In this document: positions 39,573 through 43,438 of the stretch, in pieces
Layout of the letters: the number at the start of each line of letters is the position of its first letter
Numbering within the stretch: the stretch's first letter is position 1
IMG/VR virus record: IMGVR_UViG_2703718829_000008
Location: 1-43,438 of that record
Length of the DNA stretch: 43,438 bases
Direction: 5' to 3' (one strand)
DNA from: a virus
Taxonomy: Duplodnaviria > Heunggongvirae > Uroviricota > Caudoviricetes
Translations under genes and position numbers: made by a program
Notes under the pieces: generated by a model
Database searches by the model: none
What the model was told of the DNA's origin: nothing
Seen by the model: only the letters and a program-made list of their open reading frames with translations

Positions 39573-39727
39573 GTTTTACAGATAACTGGTTAGACGAAGA
39601 ATTCATTCGTCAGATGAAAGAATTAATCGGTAACGAAGGAGATATTCATGTCACTTGCAACCACAGTGAAGGAGAGCAAGTTACAGAGGCGCATGTACAC
39701 GCAGAAAGCTCTCTGGTATCGACATAA
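39569..39727 (+). CDS. Hypothetical small protein
   Basis: 52 aa, ATGA overlap with CIII-like stop. Confidence 0.25.
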   Translation: MSFTDNWLDEEFIRQMKELIGNEGDIHVTCNHSEGEQVTEAHVHAESSLVST

Positions 39728-39798
39728 TGGCGACCGCGAAGGAATGCGGGTATGCCTTAACTTGTCCCGAGTCGAAGTATTAAATCAGCGTTATTTCC

Positions 39799-40434
39799 TT
39801 GGGCCGTGTCCATTCTGAGAACAATCATATGAGCAAAGAATTTTACGCAAGACTGGCAGCTATTCAGGAGAATCTGAACGCGCCAAAGAATCAGTACAAC
39901 TCATTCGGTAAATATAAATACAGAAGCTGCGAAGACATTCTTGAAGGCGTTAAGCCGTTACTGAATGGCCTGTTTTTATCAATCAGCGATGAAGTTGTGT
40001 TGATTGGTGATCGGTATTACGTGAAAGCCACGGCAACTATTACCGATGGCGAAAACAGTCATACGGCAACCGCCCTTGCACGAGAGGAAGAAAGCAAGAA
40101 AGGAATGGATTCTGCACAAGTTACGGGAGCTACAAGCTCTTATGCACGCAAGTATTGCCTCAATGGTTTGTTCGGCATTGATGATGCGAAAGATGCAGAT
40201 ACCGACGAGCATAAACATCAGCAGAACGCAGCAGCAAAGCAATCAAAACTATCACCTACACCTGAACAGGTTCTAAAAGCATTCACTGACGCAGCATTGC
40301 AGAAAAACACCGTGGAAGAGCTTAAACAGGCGTTCGCCAAAGCGTGGAAGATGCTCGAAGGCACACCGGAGCAGCACAAAGCGCAGGACGTTTACAACAT
40401 CAGACGAGACGAATTAGAAGGAGCTGCTGCTTAA
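39799..40434 (+). CDS. erf: Erf-family single-strand annealing recombinase (probable true start at 39829)
   Basis: 'MSKEFYARLAAIQENLNAPKNQYNSFGKYKYRSCEDILEGVKPLL' matches P22 Erf as I recall it. Confidence 0.7.
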   Translation: MGRVHSENNHMSKEFYARLAAIQENLNAPKNQYNSFGKYKYRSCEDILEGVKPLLNGLFLSISDEVVLIGDRYYVKATATITDGENSHTATALAREEESKKGMDSAQVTGATSSYARKYCLNGLFGIDDAKDADTDEHKHQQNAAAKQSKLSPTPEQVLKAFTDAALQKNTVEELKQAFAKAWKMLEGTPEQHKAQDVYNIRRDELEGAAA

Positions 40435-40817
40435 TGGCACATTCGATTACTGTAAGACTAAACAAGCCCGCAAGAGAGTTTCAGGCCGGGGAAAATATCG
40501 GATTCAACATCCGTGCTGGCGTTCAGTATTACGATCGCCAGACAAAAAAGAAAGAATGGACAAACTACAGCGCCGTTGTATTTGCCAAGCCAGGAGCGCA
40601 AGCGGATTACTACCGTAGCGTTCTTGTTGAAGGTGGCATTGTGGAAATTACCGGAGAAAACATCAGGGTTGATGTTTATCAGGGGCAAAATGGTCAATCA
40701 ATTACTCTTGAATTACTGAATGCAAAGATTGGATTTACAGCTTCAGGAAATGGCCCGCAGCAGCAAAGTAGTAACCAGCAGAACACTCCTGTATACGACG
40801 ATTCCATCCCATTCTGA
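40434..40817 (+). CDS. Short SSB-like OB-fold protein with SSB C-terminal tail motif
   Basis: 127 aa; ends ...PVYDDSIPF (compare E. coli SSB ...DFDDDIPF); TAATG overlap with erf stop. Confidence 0.45.
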   Translation: MAHSITVRLNKPAREFQAGENIGFNIRAGVQYYDRQTKKKEWTNYSAVVFAKPGAQADYYRSVLVEGGIVEITGENIRVDVYQGQNGQSITLELLNAKIGFTASGNGPQQQSSNQQNTPVYDDSIPF

Positions 40818-40840
40818 TATAGAAAAATAAGGATTCCATT

Positions 40841-41137
40841 ATGCCAGCGCCTCTGTATGGTGAGGATGACCCACGCCGATGTTCCGGCAATTCCGTATCG
40901 GAGGTGCTGGATAAATTCAGAAAAAACTACGACCGGATAATGTCTCTACCGCAGGAAACGAAAGAGGAAAAGGAATTTCGCCACTGTATATGGCTTGCAG
41001 AGAAAGAAGAACGCGAGCGAATTTACCAGACATCAATCCGACCATTCCGCAAAGCCACATATACCCACTTCCCTGAATATATCGACCCGCGCCTGCGTAA
41101 TTACCGCTCACGCTATGGCGCTATCAGTAATGACTGA
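40841..41137 (+). CDS. Abc2-like (anti-RecBCD) protein
   Basis: 98 aa; position after erf; partial recollection of P22 Abc2 N-terminus. Confidence 0.35.
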   Translation: MPAPLYGEDDPRRCSGNSVSEVLDKFRKNYDRIMSLPQETKEEKEFRHCIWLAEKEERERIYQTSIRPFRKATYTHFPEYIDPRLRNYRSRYGAISND

Positions 41138-41147
41138 GGAATTAACA

Positions 41148-41438
41148 ATGAAAACAATGAAGCTAAACATCGACCTCGGAAAATACGTTATTACCGGAAC
41201 AAAACACGATCTGATTCTTAGCAAAAGAGGAATTGTCAAAGAAGGCGAGAATGCAGGGAAAGAAACACTAAGCCGTATCGGTTATTACAGCAAGTTTGAG
41301 CATCTGGTTAAAGAGTTATGCAACCGTGAAATCCTGTTATCTCAGGCGCAGACGCTACAGGATATTCAGCAACATATCGAGACTTTAGGTGTGTCACTTA
41401 GCATGGCTATTGACCAGTTCGTGGAGAGTAAATCATGA
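41148..41438 (+). CDS. Hypothetical protein
   Basis: 96 aa from ATG with SD GAGGA; track ORF begins upstream at 40995. Confidence 0.3.
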   Translation: MKTMKLNIDLGKYVITGTKHDLILSKRGIVKEGENAGKETLSRIGYYSKFEHLVKELCNREILLSQAQTLQDIQQHIETLGVSLSMAIDQFVESKS

Positions 41439-41602
41439 GAGGGCTTGCATACAATCCCGGCATTCTTCCGGCAGAAATGATTATTCGCCAACGCGTAAAG
41501 CCAATGCCATCGAGAGAGGAATTGCTTAAGAGAAAGAGTTTCGGTTCTGTTAATGACAACAAATATCTGAATGCGATGTTGCGCAAAGGAGGCAACCGGT
41601 GA
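41435..41602 (+). CDS. Hypothetical small protein (55 aa, below track cutoff)
   Basis: ATGA overlap with upstream stop, SD GGAGAG; hand translation [34 protein letters not shown]... Confidence 0.3.
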   Translation: MRGLAYNPGILPAEMIIRQRVKPMPSREELLKRKSFGSVNDNKYLNAMLRKGGNR

Positions 41603-41732
41603 CTGGACATGCAACGATCCTCGACATGTGCTGTGGCAGCCGCATGTTCTGGTTAGATAAGAATGACGAACGGGCGAGATAAGCGATCGGTTAAGTGCTA
41701 TAGTAATGCGCTTTTGTATTTATGGAGTGAAT

Positions 41733-42431
41733 ATGAAAAATATCCTACTGGCATCATTGTTAGTGGCATCGCCGGGTGCATTTGCAGCCAGCTTTGACTG
41801 CCAAAAGGCTTCGACAGCAATCGAACATAAAATCTGCGATAACGAACGTCTGTCAAAATTAGACGAACAGCTTAGCTCTGCCTATTCTAGTGCCCTCAAA
41901 GAAAACCCAGAGAACGCAGACACCCTAAAAATAGTTCAACGTCAGTGGGTAAATATGCGTGGAAAACTCACTGATAATAAGGCTCTGGAGCTGGCTTATC
42001 TTATCCAAATTAATGGCCTCAAAGGTTTGGGGAGTTCAGTCAGCGTAACAGCGGCCAATGAGATACCCACGTCGACGCAGAAACATTCTGAAGAGCAGGA
42101 AGAAACAAGTAAGGCAGAAGTTAAGTCGGTCAAGAACGGCAATAAGCTAACCTTAGAGTCATTCCGAGCTAAATATGTAGAAGTAGATGGTGAGTATTAC
42201 AGCACGACATCCATTCCTAGAGGCAGTTCGTTCTTGTTCACTTGCGCCAGTCGTATTGCTGATGACCAAGTGAATGTTTGGAAGAAACATGCAGCCAAAG
42301 AGGGCAAAATCGACCTATTCTTTGAGGTTGAGAATCACTTACACACTGCTATGTTGAACGCCAATTTCCAGAAGTTGAATTCAGACCCTGCCAAAAGAGG
42401 TATTTGTAATCTGATTAACGCAGTGCCGTAA
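41733..42431 (+). CDS. Secreted DUF1311 (LprI lysozyme-inhibitor-like) domain protein
   Basis: Signal peptide MKNILLASLLVASPGAFA; 'FDCQKASTAIEHKICDNERLSKLDEQLSSAY' DUF1311-like motif; SD GGAG. Confidence 0.5.
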   Translation: MKNILLASLLVASPGAFAASFDCQKASTAIEHKICDNERLSKLDEQLSSAYSSALKENPENADTLKIVQRQWVNMRGKLTDNKALELAYLIQINGLKGLGSSVSVTAANEIPTSTQKHSEEQEETSKAEVKSVKNGNKLTLESFRAKYVEVDGEYYSTTSIPRGSSFLFTCASRIADDQVNVWKKHAAKEGKIDLFFEVENHLHTAMLNANFQKLNSDPAKRGICNLINAVP

Positions 42432-42637
42432 GTAAATTTAGGGCCACAGTTGTGGCCTTAAATATTTTTTCAGCCTTTTCTTATTTGTAATAAGCAGTAC
42501 TTAGTAGTGCTTATAAAACAGAATAAAAAACATATGACTTTGGCGATTACCCAGTAAAGATATTCGAAATAAATGTAAATATCGGCAATGAATAACAATC
42601 CTCGCACTCGCGGGGATTTCTTTTATATGGGGATAAT

Positions 42638-43438
42638 ATGACCATCCACTTTCACGGCAGCCCAATATGGGGTGATGAGCATGCCCCTACAGATATGCTG
42701 ATTAAAGCCCTTTACCGTGATGGTGGGGCTTTTGTTTCATTTGCCAGACCAGAGCAGATGAAAAAGATTGCCATGTTCCCTTGTGATATACGCCTTGATA
42801 ACGGTGCTTTTAGCGACTGGATGAAAGCATTAAAGAAAGGCACTCCGGTAGACTGGAGTAAGAGACGAGCAAAATTCTACGACTTTGTTGGGAAGTGGTT
42901 CAGCAGAATTGAATGGTTTCTTATACCTGACGTTATCGAAGGGACAGAGGCAGAAAACGACGAGCAGATTGAGTTGGTTCCTGATTGGCTAAAATCAAAA
43001 GCGGTTCCGGTCTGGCATACCGACGAATCAATTGAACGTCTTTTACGCCTTTCTGGCAAATTTGAATGGGTGGCGATTGGATGCTGCGGCCCACACAGGC
43101 ACATACGCTCTAAATGGTGGGAACAGAGAATGGATGAAGTTTTTACTGAGATTTATATCAATCGTAATTTGAAAGTGAAAATTCATGGTCTTCGAATGCT
43201 CGACGTGAGAGTTCTTGGTATGTATCCGTTCGCCAGTGCGGATTCTACTAATGTTGCTGTTAACGTACCGAAGACAGAGAAGCGATTTCCTGAGATTACC
43301 GACAAACTGGCACGTACAGCTGTACTTCGCGCAGCTATTGAAAAGGTGCACCCACCATCGATATCAGCATGGGTAGACAGAAAGATGAGAGAGCCGGCGC
43401 AAGCCGGTTTTTTATTTGAATTCACCGACGCCGCTTAA
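42638..43438 (+). CDS. Hypothetical protein (266 aa) at distal end of the early-left operon
   Basis: Complete ORF ending TAA at window end; Cys/His cluster 'IGCCGPHRH'; no family recognised. Confidence 0.4.
   Translation: MTIHFHGSPIWGDEHAPTDMLIKALYRDGGAFVSFARPEQMKKIAMFPCDIRLDNGAFSDWMKALKKGTPVDWSKRRAKFYDFVGKWFSRIEWFLIPDVIEGTEAENDEQIELVPDWLKSKAVPVWHTDESIERLLRLSGKFEWVAIGCCGPHRHIRSKWWEQRMDEVFTEIYINRNLKVKIHGLRMLDVRVLGMYPFASADSTNVAVNVPKTEKRFPEITDKLARTAVLRAAIEKVHPPSISAWVDRKMREPAQAGFLFEFTDAA

Larger units (their letters stand above)
1..43438. mobile_element. Lambdoid temperate phage/prophage segment (mosaic of lambda-, P22- and P21-like modules with a myovirus-type tail module); ends not in window
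   Basis: Contiguous phage gene order from tail fibre through lysis, Q, nin, replication, immunity (cII-cro-cI), N and recombination genes. Confidence 0.85.

Noticed and set aside
42638-43438. Possible tRNA-guanine transglycosylase (DpdA-like) identity for the 266-aa protein
   Set aside because: I could not find the TGT catalytic or zinc-binding motifs by eye; left as hypothetical pending a profile search.
1-43438. Integrase, excisionase and att sites; rRNA and tRNA genes
   Set aside because: None seen in this window; int/xis presumably lie beyond the right edge past the early-left operon. No convincing tRNA or rRNA sequence noticed.

Overview
The window is about 43 kb of a lambdoid temperate phage or prophage from an enterobacterium, with the map inverted relative to lambda; no integrase or att site is in the window. 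All calls rest on reading the ORF-track translations and the sequence by eye against remembered phage proteins; no database search was run. Left to right: an acyltransferase-3 (O-antigen acetylase-like) cargo gene on the + strand, then on the - strand a contractile-tail structural module (tail fibre, baseplate, tape measure, frameshifted chaperone pair, tube, sheath, capsid, Mu-F-like protein, portal, terminase). An accessory island (about 7.8-12.7 kb) sits between the baseplate genes and the tape measure; it carries a P22 immI-like ant/arc/mnt switch, a Panacea-domain protein with a toxin-like partner, and two unknown cargo genes. Next come a P21-like lysis cassette, a lambda-like pR'/tR' late control region and Q, a nin region (NinH, RusA, YbcO, NinF, NinE, Dam-type methyltransferase, NinB), DnaB-like helicase and an O-like initiator with internal iterons, then cII, cro, cI, N, Ral, a CIII-like protein, Erf and an SSB-like protein. 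The strongest candidate for an undescribed system is a two-gene cassette (Zn-ribbon protein plus single-pass membrane coiled-coil protein) immediately downstream of cI in the slot lambda uses for rexAB; the Panacea-domain pair is the second candidate. Non-coding coordinates were counted by hand and may be off by a base or two.
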